A program made the position numbers and the translations under genes. Source: an uncultured Planctomycetia bacterium (GTDB lineage: Bacteria; Omnitrophota; Gorgyraeia; Tantalellales; Tantalellaceae). From it: a stretch of DNA of 64,000 nt. The first letter of the stretch is position 1. Every line of letters starts with the position of its first letter. Under the pieces are notes generated by a model. The model saw only the letters and a list, made by a program, of their open reading frames with translations, ran no database searches and was not told the DNA's origin. The DNA lies in assembly GCA_964527555.1 (NCBI GenBank), contig CAZGOG010000005.1:5863-69862 (forward strand). Direction: 5' to 3'. Shown piece after piece: positions 1 through 9,895 of the stretch.

Positions 1-2
1 AA

Positions 3-551
3 TATTACGACGGGGTGAAAAGCATTCTTAAAAAGATGGGGATTACCTTCCGCGAAAAGGGTGATCTTGTAAGAGGGCTGGATTATTATACTGGCACTAT
101 ATTCGAGGTGATCCACCCGCAGCTTGGCGCGCAGGACGCGATAGCCGCCGGCGGAAGGTACGATGAACTTACCAAAGATATGGGCGGACCCAGCGTAGGA
201 GCTACGGGCTACGCTATAGGGATAGAGCGGCTTCTTCTGGCCGTGGATAAAAAAGATATACCGCGGGAGGGACCGCTTACTTTAGTAATACCTGTCGGTG
301 CCGGAGCGCGCGCGGAATCGTTTAAGGCGGCGGATACGTTGCGGCGTCTGGGAGTGCCGTGCGAGATGGATTATTCCGGTCGCTCGCTTAAAGGCGGGAT
401 GCGAAAAGCCCATAAGGAGGGAAGAAAGTTTATCGTTATTCTGGGAGAAGACGAGATAAAAAGCGGCAAGCTCTCAGTGAAAGACATGGAAACCGGAGAA
501 GAGAAAGCGCTTTCCCCGGAAGAAGCGGCTTCTTATATCAAAGGGACTTAA
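3..551 (+). CDS. hisS: Histidine--tRNA ligase, C-terminal part (5' truncated by window edge)
   Basis: LVRGLDYY and AGGRYD motifs, G(I)ERL motif 3, anticodon-binding domain; directly upstream of aspS. Confidence 0.95.
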   Translation, partial: YYDGVKSILKKMGITFREKGDLVRGLDYYTGTIFEVIHPQLGAQDAIAAGGRYDELTKDMGGPSVGATGYAIGIERLLLAVDKKDIPREGPLTLVIPVGAGARAESFKAADTLRRLGVPCEMDYSGRSLKGGMRKAHKEGRKFIVILGEDEIKSGKLSVKDMETGEEKALSPEEAASYIKGT

Positions 552-552
552 G

Positions 553-2331
553 ATGACAAGGACTCATAATTGCGGGGAACTGACGGCGAAAGACAACTCA
601 AAGGAAGTCTGTCTTTCCGGATGGATCGCTTCAAGAAGAGACCATGGAGAGATAATTTTCATGGACTTAAGGGATAAGCACGGTATAACGCAGATAGTAT
701 TTGACCCCGAGAAGAATAAAGACGCTCATGAAGGGGCGCACCTTCTAAGAAGCGAGTATTGCGTGCAGGTCACGGGAAAAGTATCTATGCGCCCGGAAGG
801 CACCATCAACAAGAAGATCCCTACGGGCGAGATCGAAGTGGAAGTTAAGGGGATTGAGGTGCTCTCTGAGTCCGAAACGCCTCCTTTTGAGATCAAGGAT
901 GGTGTGGTCGTAGCGGAAGACCTGCGTCTTAAGTACCGTTATCTTGACTTGAGGCGGCCGGAGATGCAGGAGAAGATCCGCATAAAACACAAAGTATACA
1001 AGTTCATAACGGATTTCATGGATGAGGAAGCCTTCCTGTTTGTGGAAACGCCCGTTCTTACAAAGTCGACCCCGGAAGGGGCGCGTGATTACCTTGTGCC
1101 ATCCAGGGTCCAGCAGGGCAGTTTCTACGCGCTGCCGCAATCGCCTCAGATATTCAAGCAGCTTCTTATGGTGGCGGGAATAGAGAAGTATTACCAGATC
1201 GTCCGCTGCTTTCGTGATGAGGACCTGCGTGCCGACAGGCAGCCGGAGTTCACGCAGCTGGATATGGAGATGTCATTCGTCGATCAGGATGACGTCTTAA
1301 GCGTGTGCGAAAGGCTTTTTAAAGGCATGTTCAAAGAGGTCATGGGGCTTGAACTAGAGATCCCGTTTGCAAGAATGGATTACGAAGAAGCCATGATGCG
1401 GTACGGAAGTGATAAACCGGATACAAGGTTTGACCTCTTTTTGCATGACCTGACGCATCTGGCCGATAAATGCGACTTTAAGATATTGAAGGAAGTCGCC
1501 AAATCGGGCGGTAAGGTCATGGCCCTGGCCGCGCCAGGATATGGAGACATAAGCCGCAAGGAGATAGATACTCTTACGTTTTTCGCAGGTGAGTACGGGG
1601 CAAAGGGGCTTGCATATTTCAAAGTCGGAGAGAAGGAGCTTACCTCGCCGATAGCAAAATTTTTCTCAGACGAAGTGCTCCAAAGTATCCGCGAGGAAGT
1701 GTCGGCAAAAACGGGCGACATGATCTTTATGGTCGCCGACACCAAAGAAGTCGCTCAGGAAGCACTGGGGGCTATTCGCTTGCGGATCGCCCAGGAGAAG
1801 AACCTCATAGACAAGAACAAATTTAATTTTTCATGGATAGTGAATTTCCCGCTGTTTAGATTTAACAAGGATGAGAAGAGGTGGGTTTCCGAGCATCATC
1901 CGTTTACATCTTTCAGGGAAGAAGATATGGAGTTTCTGGATAAAAAAGAGCTATCCAAGGTAAGGTCCAGGTCCTATGATCTGGTTCTAAACGGAAGCGA
2001 AATAGGTTCCGGGAGTATAAGGATACATAAAAAGGACATCCAGCAGAGGATATTCGATGTTCTGGGACTCAGCAAGGAGGACTGCCAGCGGAAATTCGGA
2101 TTTTTGCTGGAAGCATTTTGCTACGGGCCTCCCCCTCACGGGGGGATAGCTTTCGGGCTGGATAGACTCCTCACGCTTTTTACAAAAGACTCGTCTATAC
2201 GCGAAGTCATACCGTTTCCGAAAACCCAGAAAGGCGTTTGTCCGCTAACGGGCGCGCCTTCTTTTGTCGATGAAAAACAGCTCAGAGAACTCGGGCTAAA
2301 ACTCACTAACGTTAAAAGGGAGGAAAAATGA
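553..2331 (+). CDS. aspS: Aspartate--tRNA ligase
   Basis: RTHNCG, RRDHG, FRDEDLRADRQPEFTQLD, PPHGGIAFGLDR motifs. Confidence 0.98.
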   Translation: MTRTHNCGELTAKDNSKEVCLSGWIASRRDHGEIIFMDLRDKHGITQIVFDPEKNKDAHEGAHLLRSEYCVQVTGKVSMRPEGTINKKIPTGEIEVEVKGIEVLSESETPPFEIKDGVVVAEDLRLKYRYLDLRRPEMQEKIRIKHKVYKFITDFMDEEAFLFVETPVLTKSTPEGARDYLVPSRVQQGSFYALPQSPQIFKQLLMVAGIEKYYQIVRCFRDEDLRADRQPEFTQLDMEMSFVDQDDVLSVCERLFKGMFKEVMGLELEIPFARMDYEEAMMRYGSDKPDTRFDLFLHDLTHLADKCDFKILKEVAKSGGKVMALAAPGYGDISRKEIDTLTFFAGEYGAKGLAYFKVGEKELTSPIAKFFSDEVLQSIREEVSAKTGDMIFMVADTKEVAQEALGAIRLRIAQEKNLIDKNKFNFSWIVNFPLFRFNKDEKRWVSEHHPFTSFREEDMEFLDKKELSKVRSRSYDLVLNGSEIGSGSIRIHKKDIQQRIFDVLGLSKEDCQRKFGFLLEAFCYGPPPHGGIAFGLDRLLTLFTKDSSIREVIPFPKTQKGVCPLTGAPSFVDEKQLRELGLKLTNVKREEK

Positions 2332-2642
2332 ATAAGATATTGGTTTTAGTGCTTATCGCGACTTTTATGCTGACCGGATGCGCCGGAGTGGAGGTTTATA
2401 CTTTCAAGAAAGACCGCGTTGATCAGAGCGAGACGGGTAACCAGGGCTACCTGATGGGGGATGCTCCTCAGGCGCAAGCCAAGGAAGCGCCTAGCAAGAG
2501 GACGCTTATTGGCGTGGATATCGAAATAGCGCAAAGTCCGTCAAAAAGTTCCGGCACGCAAGCTTCTTCTGATACACCCCCGGCAAAGACTTCCGGCTGT
2601 GCGGTCGAACCTAAAGCAAAAGAAAGCGTATATATAAAATAG
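2328..2642 (+). CDS. Small hypothetical lipoprotein
   Basis: Signal peptide with lipobox LTGC; ATGA overlap with aspS stop; GGAGG RBS. Confidence 0.75.
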   Translation: MNKILVLVLIATFMLTGCAGVEVYTFKKDRVDQSETGNQGYLMGDAPQAQAKEAPSKRTLIGVDIEIAQSPSKSSGTQASSDTPPAKTSGCAVEPKAKESVYIK

Positions 2643-2679
2643 ACAAAGCGCCAGAAAACAAACTATTAAAGCGTGAGAG

Positions 2680-3639
2680 ATGGAAGAGATAATAATCAGA
2701 ATAAGCGATGATTCCGAAGCCAGGGCTTTATTCGGCAAGCACGACAGTAACTTGAGAAAAATCGAAAAAGTTTTTGGGATCACGACAGCGTACCGGGGCG
2801 GCGACCTTAAGGTGATGGCGGAAGGAAAAGATCAGCTGGAAAAAGCAAAAAGAATTCTGGACGAGTTTCTTATTATCATCAGGAAGGGCGGGCATGTTTC
2901 ACCCAGGGACATAGATTATGCACTGAAGAACACCGATATCTTGACGCATCTTAATGATATTTTTCTGGATAAGATAGAGGTAAGCTCTAAACGCGTCTTT
3001 GTTACCCCCCGAAGTGAAGGGCAGAAGGAGTATATTGATGCCATACGCAAGTATGATATTGTTTTTGGAATAGGTCCTGCCGGAACGGGTAAGACTTACC
3101 TGGCGATGGCCATGGCGGTCAATGCCCTCAGGAAGAATCTCGTCTCAAGGATAATACTTACCAGGCCCGCTGTCGAGGCAGGTGAAAGCCTGGGGTATCT
3201 TCCGGGAGACATGTATGAGAAGGTCAACCCGTACCTGCGTCCCTTGTACGACGCTCTTTATGATATGGTTGAGCCGCACCGCATCAAGGAATATCTTGAT
3301 GAGGGGATAATAGAAGTGGCTCCTCTTGCTTTCATGAGGGGAAGGACGCTTAATGATTCCTTTATAATCATGGATGAGGCGCAGAACTCTACCGCCGAAC
3401 AGATGAAGATGTTTCTGACGCGTTTGGGTTTCGATTCTAAAACTGTTATAACGGGAGACATCACGCAGAGTGATCTTCCAAAGGGAAGACCTTCAGGGCT
3501 TATACACGCCAAAGAGCTTCTCTCAGGAGTTGAGGGCATTAAATTCGTTGTTCTTAAAGGTGAAGACGTTGTCAGACACGAACTTGTCCAGGAAATAATC
3601 AAAGTCTACAAGGAAGAAGCCGAGTCAAAAGATGAATAA
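2680..3639 (+). CDS. phoH: PhoH-family ATPase (YbeZ-like, N-terminal KH-like region)
   Basis: GPAGTGKTYLA Walker A, RPAVEAGE, PLAFMRGRT, DEAQN motifs. Confidence 0.95.
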   Translation: MEEIIIRISDDSEARALFGKHDSNLRKIEKVFGITTAYRGGDLKVMAEGKDQLEKAKRILDEFLIIIRKGGHVSPRDIDYALKNTDILTHLNDIFLDKIEVSSKRVFVTPRSEGQKEYIDAIRKYDIVFGIGPAGTGKTYLAMAMAVNALRKNLVSRIILTRPAVEAGESLGYLPGDMYEKVNPYLRPLYDALYDMVEPHRIKEYLDEGIIEVAPLAFMRGRTLNDSFIIMDEAQNSTAEQMKMFLTRLGFDSKTVITGDITQSDLPKGRPSGLIHAKELLSGVEGIKFVVLKGEDVVRHELVQEIIKVYKEEAESKDE

Positions 3640-5887
3640 AAACCAGAAGCTTAAACAGTTTAAAGAGTGGATTATTCTTAAAGAGACCATTTCCATACTT
3701 ATAATCGTCGCATTTTTGATAGCGGCTCTTGCCAGTATATTTATAGGGCCGAGTCTCTATCTGGGCAAGACCCAGGAAGGGGATATAGCGCTTAAGAACA
3801 TATACGCGCCGTATGATTTTACTTATTTCTGGGAAATAGATGGGGAGAAGACAAGCGAGGCCAAAGACGCGGCAAAAGAAAAAGTCCCTTATGTGCTCAA
3901 ACGCGATTCTGCCGCTGAAAAGAAAGCTATAGAAAAAGTCAGTTCCTTTTTTGATGCATTCGGCAAAGAGAGTGCACCTGAAGCATCCCTGGCCGAAAAA
4001 GCCTCGGACATAAAAAGAAGAACTCGGGCAGACCTTTCAGAAAGAAATATCGAGTATCTTCTGGAATATCCAGATATATCGCTGCTTAAGAAAAAGGCTC
4101 TGGACGTTCTTGGAAAAGTCTTCCTTGCCGGTTATATAGACGATGGGACGCTGAAGCAGCTTAAAGAAAAAGGCGTAAGTAAAGTAGTCATTTTCAATAG
4201 TGAGACAAATGCCGAGACGGAAAGAACCATCGATAGTATTGTGACAGCGAAAAAGATCCAGGAAACCGCGATAGAGTATGCTTCGGCCGAATTTAAAGAC
4301 GACCGCAAGGTGCGCCAGCCGGCAGCTAGCCTGATCTCTGAATATGTCAGCCCCAACCTCATAGCGGATGAAAAAGAGACGGAAGCCAAAAGGGGAGCTG
4401 CTATAGAGAAAGTTAAACCCATCTACCACAGCTGGACGGTCGAGAAGAACGAACTTATCATTGAAAAAGGTACAAGGGTAACCGACCGTAATGTCGCCCA
4501 GATATCGCAAATCAGAAGAGTTTTCCGTCCGGGTGTGACGCCTACTTTGTTCTTAGGGGTCCTGCTTCTCTTCCTTCTTCTGGGACTGGTCGCCGTTATT
4601 TATATTTCGTTTATACAGGGGGTGAATTTCCTGCAAGACACCAAAGGTGTGGCTATAGTTTTGATAAACATGCTTTTTATGATTATCGCGGCTGATTTTA
4701 TCGTGCACCTTCCGCAGCCCAGTTATTTTATACCCGTTTCAGGGATGGCGATGCTTATCGCGCTTCTTGTAGGATCTAATATCGCCTTTATAGCCGCGGT
4801 ACTGATGAGTTTATGTATATCTTTACTCATAGGCGGAGGCATAGAAGTCGCGCTTGTCTTAATAGTAGGCAGCATCGTGGGGATATTCGTCGTCAGAGAC
4901 GCAAGACGGCGCACGAGGATACTCTGGGCGGGTTTTCTGGTGGGACTTACAAAGTTCCTGACTATTGCCTGTATAGGTCTAATCAATGAGATGGACGTGA
5001 ATTTTTATATAACTGACGGTGCCTGGGGTATAGCAGGCGGCATTCTTTCCGGATTCATAGTGATGGGGCTTTTGCCGGTTTTTGAGCATCTGTTTAAGAT
5101 CCCGACGAATATCAGCCTGCTGGAACTTTCGGATCTTAACCACCCGCTTTTGAAAAAACTTGCCATGGAAGCGCCCGGTACTTACCATCACAGCATAATG
5201 GTAGGCAATCTCGCGGAAGCGGCGTGCGATGCAATAGGCGCCAACAGCCTCTTGGCAAGAGTCGGGGCGTATTATCATGATATCGGCAAGATTCCCAAGG
5301 CTGAATATTTCAGCGAGAACGAGATGGGTTCCGGGTCCAAACACGCAAAGCTTGCCCCTTCCATGAGCGCTCTTATTATAGCCAAGCATGTTAAAGAAGG
5401 CGAGCAGATCGCCAGAAAGTACAAGCTTAATAGCGCAATAACCGATTTTATCAGACAGCACCATGGCGACAGCATGATATCTTATTTCTATCAGAAGGCG
5501 ATGGAAAAGGCGGAGGAAGGCACGATGCCGAAAGAGGAGAACTTCCGTTATCCCGGCCCCCGGCCCCAGACCAAGGAGAGCGCGATTATTCTCCTGGCCG
5601 ATGCGGTCGAGGCATCAAGCCGCGCGCTTGATGAGCCTACAGCCTCCAGCATAAGGCACCTTGTTAAAAAGATCATAAACAACAAGTTTATCGATGGCCA
5701 GCTCGATGAATGCGCTCTGACGTTAAAAGACATGCACATCATTGCGGAAAGTTTTCTCAGGGTGCTTATGGGTGTTTTTCATACAAGATTGAATTATCCG
5801 GAAGAAAGCAAAAAACAATCAGAAGAGAAGCCTGCTAATGGCAATAAAAATAAACAGCGAAAATTTAAACAAAAAAAGAAAGATTGA
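3632..5887 (+). CDS. 7TM-HDIG membrane HD hydrolase (PgpH-like cyclic-di-AMP phosphodiesterase family)
   Basis: N-terminal TM, large extracytoplasmic domain, ~7 TM segments, APGTYHHS...YYHDIGK...QHHG...LAD HD domain; phoH-7TM/HD-ybeY synteny. Confidence 0.9.
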   Translation: MNKNQKLKQFKEWIILKETISILIIVAFLIAALASIFIGPSLYLGKTQEGDIALKNIYAPYDFTYFWEIDGEKTSEAKDAAKEKVPYVLKRDSAAEKKAIEKVSSFFDAFGKESAPEASLAEKASDIKRRTRADLSERNIEYLLEYPDISLLKKKALDVLGKVFLAGYIDDGTLKQLKEKGVSKVVIFNSETNAETERTIDSIVTAKKIQETAIEYASAEFKDDRKVRQPAASLISEYVSPNLIADEKETEAKRGAAIEKVKPIYHSWTVEKNELIIEKGTRVTDRNVAQISQIRRVFRPGVTPTLFLGVLLLFLLLGLVAVIYISFIQGVNFLQDTKGVAIVLINMLFMIIAADFIVHLPQPSYFIPVSGMAMLIALLVGSNIAFIAAVLMSLCISLLIGGGIEVALVLIVGSIVGIFVVRDARRRTRILWAGFLVGLTKFLTIACIGLINEMDVNFYITDGAWGIAGGILSGFIVMGLLPVFEHLFKIPTNISLLELSDLNHPLLKKLAMEAPGTYHHSIMVGNLAEAACDAIGANSLLARVGAYYHDIGKIPKAEYFSENEMGSGSKHAKLAPSMSALIIAKHVKEGEQIARKYKLNSAITDFIRQHHGDSMISYFYQKAMEKAEEGTMPKEENFRYPGPRPQTKESAIILLADAVEASSRALDEPTASSIRHLVKKIINNKFIDGQLDECALTLKDMHIIAESFLRVLMGVFHTRLNYPEESKKQSEEKPANGNKNKQRKFKQKKKD

Positions 5888-6308
5888 TCTTTCAAAAGTC
5901 GAGCGGGTGGCAAAGACAGTTTTAAAGGCTCTTAAGAAGAAACACGCCGAGATCAACATAGTGTTTTTAAGCAGCCAGAAAATACGGGTGATTAACCGGC
6001 TCTATTTGAAGAGGGACAGGGCAACAGACGTGATAGCCTTCCCGGGGAGCGGCCGCCATATACCGTCGTTCGGAGAAGAACATCACTCCGGGAATTTTAT
6101 GGGAGACATTGCGATATGCTCGGATAAGGCGCATGCCAACGCTAAGGTTTATGGGATGACATTCGCCGAGGAGATAGCGCTTTACACCATACACGGGATA
6201 CTTCACTTGCTCGGATATGAGGATGTAACGAAAAAAGGCCGTGATAGATTGCGGAGGAAAGAAGATGAACTCTTCAGACAAATCAAAACAAAAAAAATCT
6301 CGAGGTAA
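5838..6308 (+). CDS. ybeY: rRNA maturation endoribonuclease YbeY
   Basis: TDVIAF, GDIAIC, HGILHLLGYED (third His position is Asp). Confidence 0.92.
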   Translation: MAIKINSENLNKKRKIDLSKVERVAKTVLKALKKKHAEINIVFLSSQKIRVINRLYLKRDRATDVIAFPGSGRHIPSFGEEHHSGNFMGDIAICSDKAHANAKVYGMTFAEEIALYTIHGILHLLGYEDVTKKGRDRLRRKEDELFRQIKTKKISR

Positions 6309-6996
6309 AGGCTTTACCCGCAGCGTAAATACTGCCCTAGAGGGTATTATACACACGCTTAAATCGGAAAGGAACATGCGCCTGCATTTCTTCGTGGGGT
6401 TCCTTGTTCTTATCGCGGGTCTTTATTTCGATCTCAGCGCTGTCGAGTTCATGATACTGTGTTTTGCGGTCACCTTTGTTTTGATGGCGGAGATGATCAA
6501 TACAGCTGTCGAATACTCCATTGACCTTATAAGCGATGAGTACCATCCTCTCGCGAAAGTGATCAAGGATATTTGCGCGGGCGCTGTGTTTGTAAGCGCA
6601 GTCAATGCAGCTGTCGTGGGATACTTTCTGATTGTCCGGCGCATAGGAGCGTTTATGGGCGGTGCGTTTATCAAAGTAAAAGAATCCCCCTGGCATATGA
6701 CCCTTATAGCGCTTTTAGTCGTTATTGGTATTGTACTGCTTATAAAAGTACTCCGCGGCGAAAAATCTCTTTTACGCGGCGGTATGCCCAGCGGGCACTC
6801 CGCCGTAGCGTTTGCGGTATGGGTCCTCGTCTCGCTTATCACGGAAAACGCTCTTGTAAGTTTTCTTGTGTTCATCTTGGCGTTTCTTGTCGCGAAAAGC
6901 CGCAGGTCCGACGGGGTGCATACGCTCGGGCAGGTGGTAGCCGGAAGCGTCTTGGGAGCGCTTGTGGCTTTACTCGTATTTCAATTTATGTCGTAG
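6265..6996 (+). CDS. DgkA-family (undecaprenol/diacylglycerol) kinase fused to PAP2 phosphatase
   Basis: ERNMRLH, EMINTAVE, KDICAGAV (DgkA) then GMPSGHS and SRRSDGVH (PAP2 C2/C3); start set at ATG 6265 behind GGAGG. Confidence 0.85.
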   Translation: MNSSDKSKQKKSRGKGFTRSVNTALEGIIHTLKSERNMRLHFFVGFLVLIAGLYFDLSAVEFMILCFAVTFVLMAEMINTAVEYSIDLISDEYHPLAKVIKDICAGAVFVSAVNAAVVGYFLIVRRIGAFMGGAFIKVKESPWHMTLIALLVVIGIVLLIKVLRGEKSLLRGGMPSGHSAVAFAVWVLVSLITENALVSFLVFILAFLVAKSRRSDGVHTLGQVVAGSVLGALVALLVFQFMS

Positions 6997-7038
6997 AGGA
7001 CTTTTTGTCGCAGGTTTTGAAAGGGAGAAGAAACAGTC

Positions 7039-7683
7039 ATGAGAAGATTATGGAACAGGTTCTTCGTTAATTTTTTTAACGGTATAGTTATACTTCTGCC
7101 GATAGCTGTTACTATAGCTCTTATAAGGTTTCTTGTGGTATGGGTAAATAATATCGTGCTCAATCCCCTCATGAAATTTTTTGCACCTATTGCCAAGGGC
7201 CCGGAACATGTCTACCTGGCCAAGACGATAATTTTTCTTGTAGTCATATTCGCGGTGGCCTTGATAGGATGGGGGGCGAAGATACTGGTCATTAACCGTG
7301 TTTTTTCTCTGGGTGAACAGCTGCTTTTAAAAGTCCCTATCATGGGGCGGATATATAATGCGGCTAAACAGATATTTTCGTCGGTGTTAGGACAGGGAAA
7401 AACTATCTTTAAGCAGGTGGTTCTTGTGGAATATCCCCGGAAGGGACTTTATTCCGTAGGCTTTACCACGGGCACCACAAAAGGCGAGCTTAAGGATTCC
7501 ATAGGCACCAGCGGAGTTAACGTCTTTATCCCGACAACACCGAACCCGACAAGCGGTATATTCCTGATTATCCCCAAAGAAAGCATATTTTTTCTGAAGA
7601 TGAGCGTGGAAGAAGGCATGAAGCTTGTTGTCTCGGGAGGCGCGGTGTCTCCGACACCTGACAGACTAGAGGGAAGCGTATAG
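7039..7683 (+). CDS. DUF502 membrane protein
   Basis: Two TM segments, VLVEYPRKG and VFIPTTPNPTSG motifs. Confidence 0.9.
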   Translation: MRRLWNRFFVNFFNGIVILLPIAVTIALIRFLVVWVNNIVLNPLMKFFAPIAKGPEHVYLAKTIIFLVVIFAVALIGWGAKILVINRVFSLGEQLLLKVPIMGRIYNAAKQIFSSVLGQGKTIFKQVVLVEYPRKGLYSVGFTTGTTKGELKDSIGTSGVNVFIPTTPNPTSGIFLIIPKESIFFLKMSVEEGMKLVVSGGAVSPTPDRLEGSV

Positions 7684-7687
7684 TTAA

Positions 7688-8449
7688 ATGGCAGCAGAGA
7701 ACGCAGAGGGAGTGATACTCAGAAAATATTTATTGCGGGAAACCAGCTACATACTTGTTGTTTTCACAAAAGAATTCGGCAAAATAAAAGCAGTTATAAA
7801 AGGCGTGAGAAATCCGTACCCTCAATTCGGCGGGGTTTTCGAGATCTTTAACAAGTGTCAGCTCTTTTTTTACAGAAAGAGGAAAAGTCCTCTGGACCTT
7901 ATTACGCAGTGCGAAGCAGTGGACTCGTTTCTTCCGGTAAGAAAAGACATAGAAAGGTTGACATACGCTAATTATTTTATAGAATTAGTAGACATAGTCA
8001 CCAGTGACTATGACGTGAATGAGGAACTTTACCGCACTCTGGTAGAGGGCCTTCGTATGCTGGCAGTTGAATCCAGCGCCAGACGGGTGAGCAGGATATT
8101 CGAACTCAGGTTATTAGGGGCTTTGGGCCTCAGTCCTCAGCTTAAGGAATGCGTTGAATGCGGCCTTCCGATAGAAGGGGCGGGTTCATTCAGCGTGAAA
8201 GGCGGTGGACTTCTATGCCCGAAGTGCAGGCATAAAGACAGGAGCGCACTTACGGTATCTTGCGGGACGATAAACTTCATGCATAAGATAAAAACATGCG
8301 ATCTGGAAAAGACTTCCCGCATAAAAGTCTCTAAAGAGGTGGGAAGAGAACTGGAAGAAGTCTTAAAAAGATTCATGCAGTATCATATCGCGAGGCCCGT
8401 AAAATCACTTACGTTTCTGAAAGAACTTCAAAAAATCGGCGTGGGATAA
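7688..8449 (+). CDS. recO: DNA repair protein RecO
   Basis: OB-fold N-terminus (GVILR..FTKEFGKI), CxxC...CxxC zinc finger; upstream of glycyl-tRNA ligase. Confidence 0.92.
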   Translation: MAAENAEGVILRKYLLRETSYILVVFTKEFGKIKAVIKGVRNPYPQFGGVFEIFNKCQLFFYRKRKSPLDLITQCEAVDSFLPVRKDIERLTYANYFIELVDIVTSDYDVNEELYRTLVEGLRMLAVESSARRVSRIFELRLLGALGLSPQLKECVECGLPIEGAGSFSVKGGGLLCPKCRHKDRSALTVSCGTINFMHKIKTCDLEKTSRIKVSKEVGRELEEVLKRFMQYHIARPVKSLTFLKELQKIGVG

Positions 8450-8483
8450 ATGCTGTAATAAAAGGGTAAGGATAAAAACCAGT

Positions 8484-9839
8484 ATGGCTGAAAAGAAAAA
8501 AGAAAAAGCGGCAAAAGATCCTCAGGTAGAGAAGGCTCCGGCGGTGGAGCTGAAAGACATCGCAAACCTCTGCAAAAGGCGCGGGTTTATATTCCAGGAC
8601 AGCGAGATCTATGGCGGGATGGGAAGCGTGTGGGATTATGGGCCGCTGGGGGTGGAGCTCAAAAATAACGTAAAGGACTGCTGGTGGAGGAGCATGGTCT
8701 ATGACCGTGGCGACGTCGAGGGTCTTGACGCAGCTATCCTGATGAACCCGGAGACGTGGAAGGCATCCGGGCATGTCGGCTCCTTCGCGGATATGCTGGT
8801 TGACTGTATGGACTGCAAGAAGCGGTTCCGCATAGATCATCTAAAGGGAAACAAGTGTCCGGAATGCGGCGGAGCCCTTACGGAACCCAAAAGTTTCAAT
8901 CTTATGTTTAAAACGCAGGTCGGTTCGGTGGAAGGCCAGACGCAGGATGCGTACTTAAGACCAGAGACGGCACAGGGCATATTCGTTAATTTTGAAAATA
9001 TACTCAACTCAAGCCGCAAGAAACTTCCCTTCGGTGTGGCGCAGATCGGTAAAGCATTCCGCAACGAGATAACTACGGGGAACTTTACTTTCAGGAGCCG
9101 TGAGTTCGAACAGATGGAGCTGGAATACTTTGTCAAGCCCGGGGAGGACGAGAAGTGGTACGAATACTGGCTCGCCGAACGCATGAGGTGGTACACTTCC
9201 CTTGGCATAAGAGAGGAGAGCCTCCGGCTCCGGCAGCATGAAGAGGAGGAACTCGCCCACTACGCTAAAAAATGCCACGATATAGAATTTTTGTTTCCCA
9301 TGGGATGGTCGGAACTTGAAGGCGTCGCCAACAGGACCGATTTTGACCTCAAACAGCATTCAAAGATAAGCGGAAAGGACTTACAATATTTTGACGATAC
9401 GACAGGCGAGCGTTATTTCCCTTATGTTATAGAACCTTCGGGCGGTGTCGACCGCGCTGTGCTTGCTTTCTTGGTGGATGCTTATAGATCGGAAGTAGTG
9501 AGAGAGAGAAAAAGAGTTTACCTTTCGCTTGATAAACGTCTTGCTCCGATTAAAGTGGCGGTTCTGCCGCTTCTTAAGAATAACGGTGAGATAGTGGAGA
9601 TGGCCGAGAAGATACTGGATGATGTAAGGGGCAATTATCGTGCGGTATACGACGATACTGCTGCTATAGGCCGGCTGTACCGCAGGCAGGATGAGATAGG
9701 CACGCCCTATTGCGTGACCGTGGACGTGGAGTCCCTGACTGACAAGAAAGTCACCGTAAGGGACAGGGACAGCATGCAGCAGGACAGGATCGACCTTTCA
9801 AAGCTTAAGGGATTACTGACAGAGAGACTTGGACTTTAA
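8484..9839 (+). CDS. glyQS: Glycine--tRNA ligase, alpha2 (homodimeric) type
   Basis: KRRGF..SEIYGG, YLRPETAQG, FRNEIT, REFEQME, RRQDEIGTP. Confidence 0.96.
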   Translation: MAEKKKEKAAKDPQVEKAPAVELKDIANLCKRRGFIFQDSEIYGGMGSVWDYGPLGVELKNNVKDCWWRSMVYDRGDVEGLDAAILMNPETWKASGHVGSFADMLVDCMDCKKRFRIDHLKGNKCPECGGALTEPKSFNLMFKTQVGSVEGQTQDAYLRPETAQGIFVNFENILNSSRKKLPFGVAQIGKAFRNEITTGNFTFRSREFEQMELEYFVKPGEDEKWYEYWLAERMRWYTSLGIREESLRLRQHEEEELAHYAKKCHDIEFLFPMGWSELEGVANRTDFDLKQHSKISGKDLQYFDDTTGERYFPYVIEPSGGVDRAVLAFLVDAYRSEVVRERKRVYLSLDKRLAPIKVAVLPLLKNNGEIVEMAEKILDDVRGNYRAVYDDTAAIGRLYRRQDEIGTPYCVTVDVESLTDKKVTVRDRDSMQQDRIDLSKLKGLLTERLGL

Positions 9840-9895
9840 AAAATAGGGGTTAAAGTAACCCGTATCTTTAACAAAAGAAGGAGTGTGAGGAGAGG

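Noticed and set aside
6190-6225. YbeY third metal-binding His replaced by Asp (HGILHLLGYED)
   Set aside because: To my knowledge Asp at this position occurs in other lineages including PVC bacteria; not evidence of inactivation
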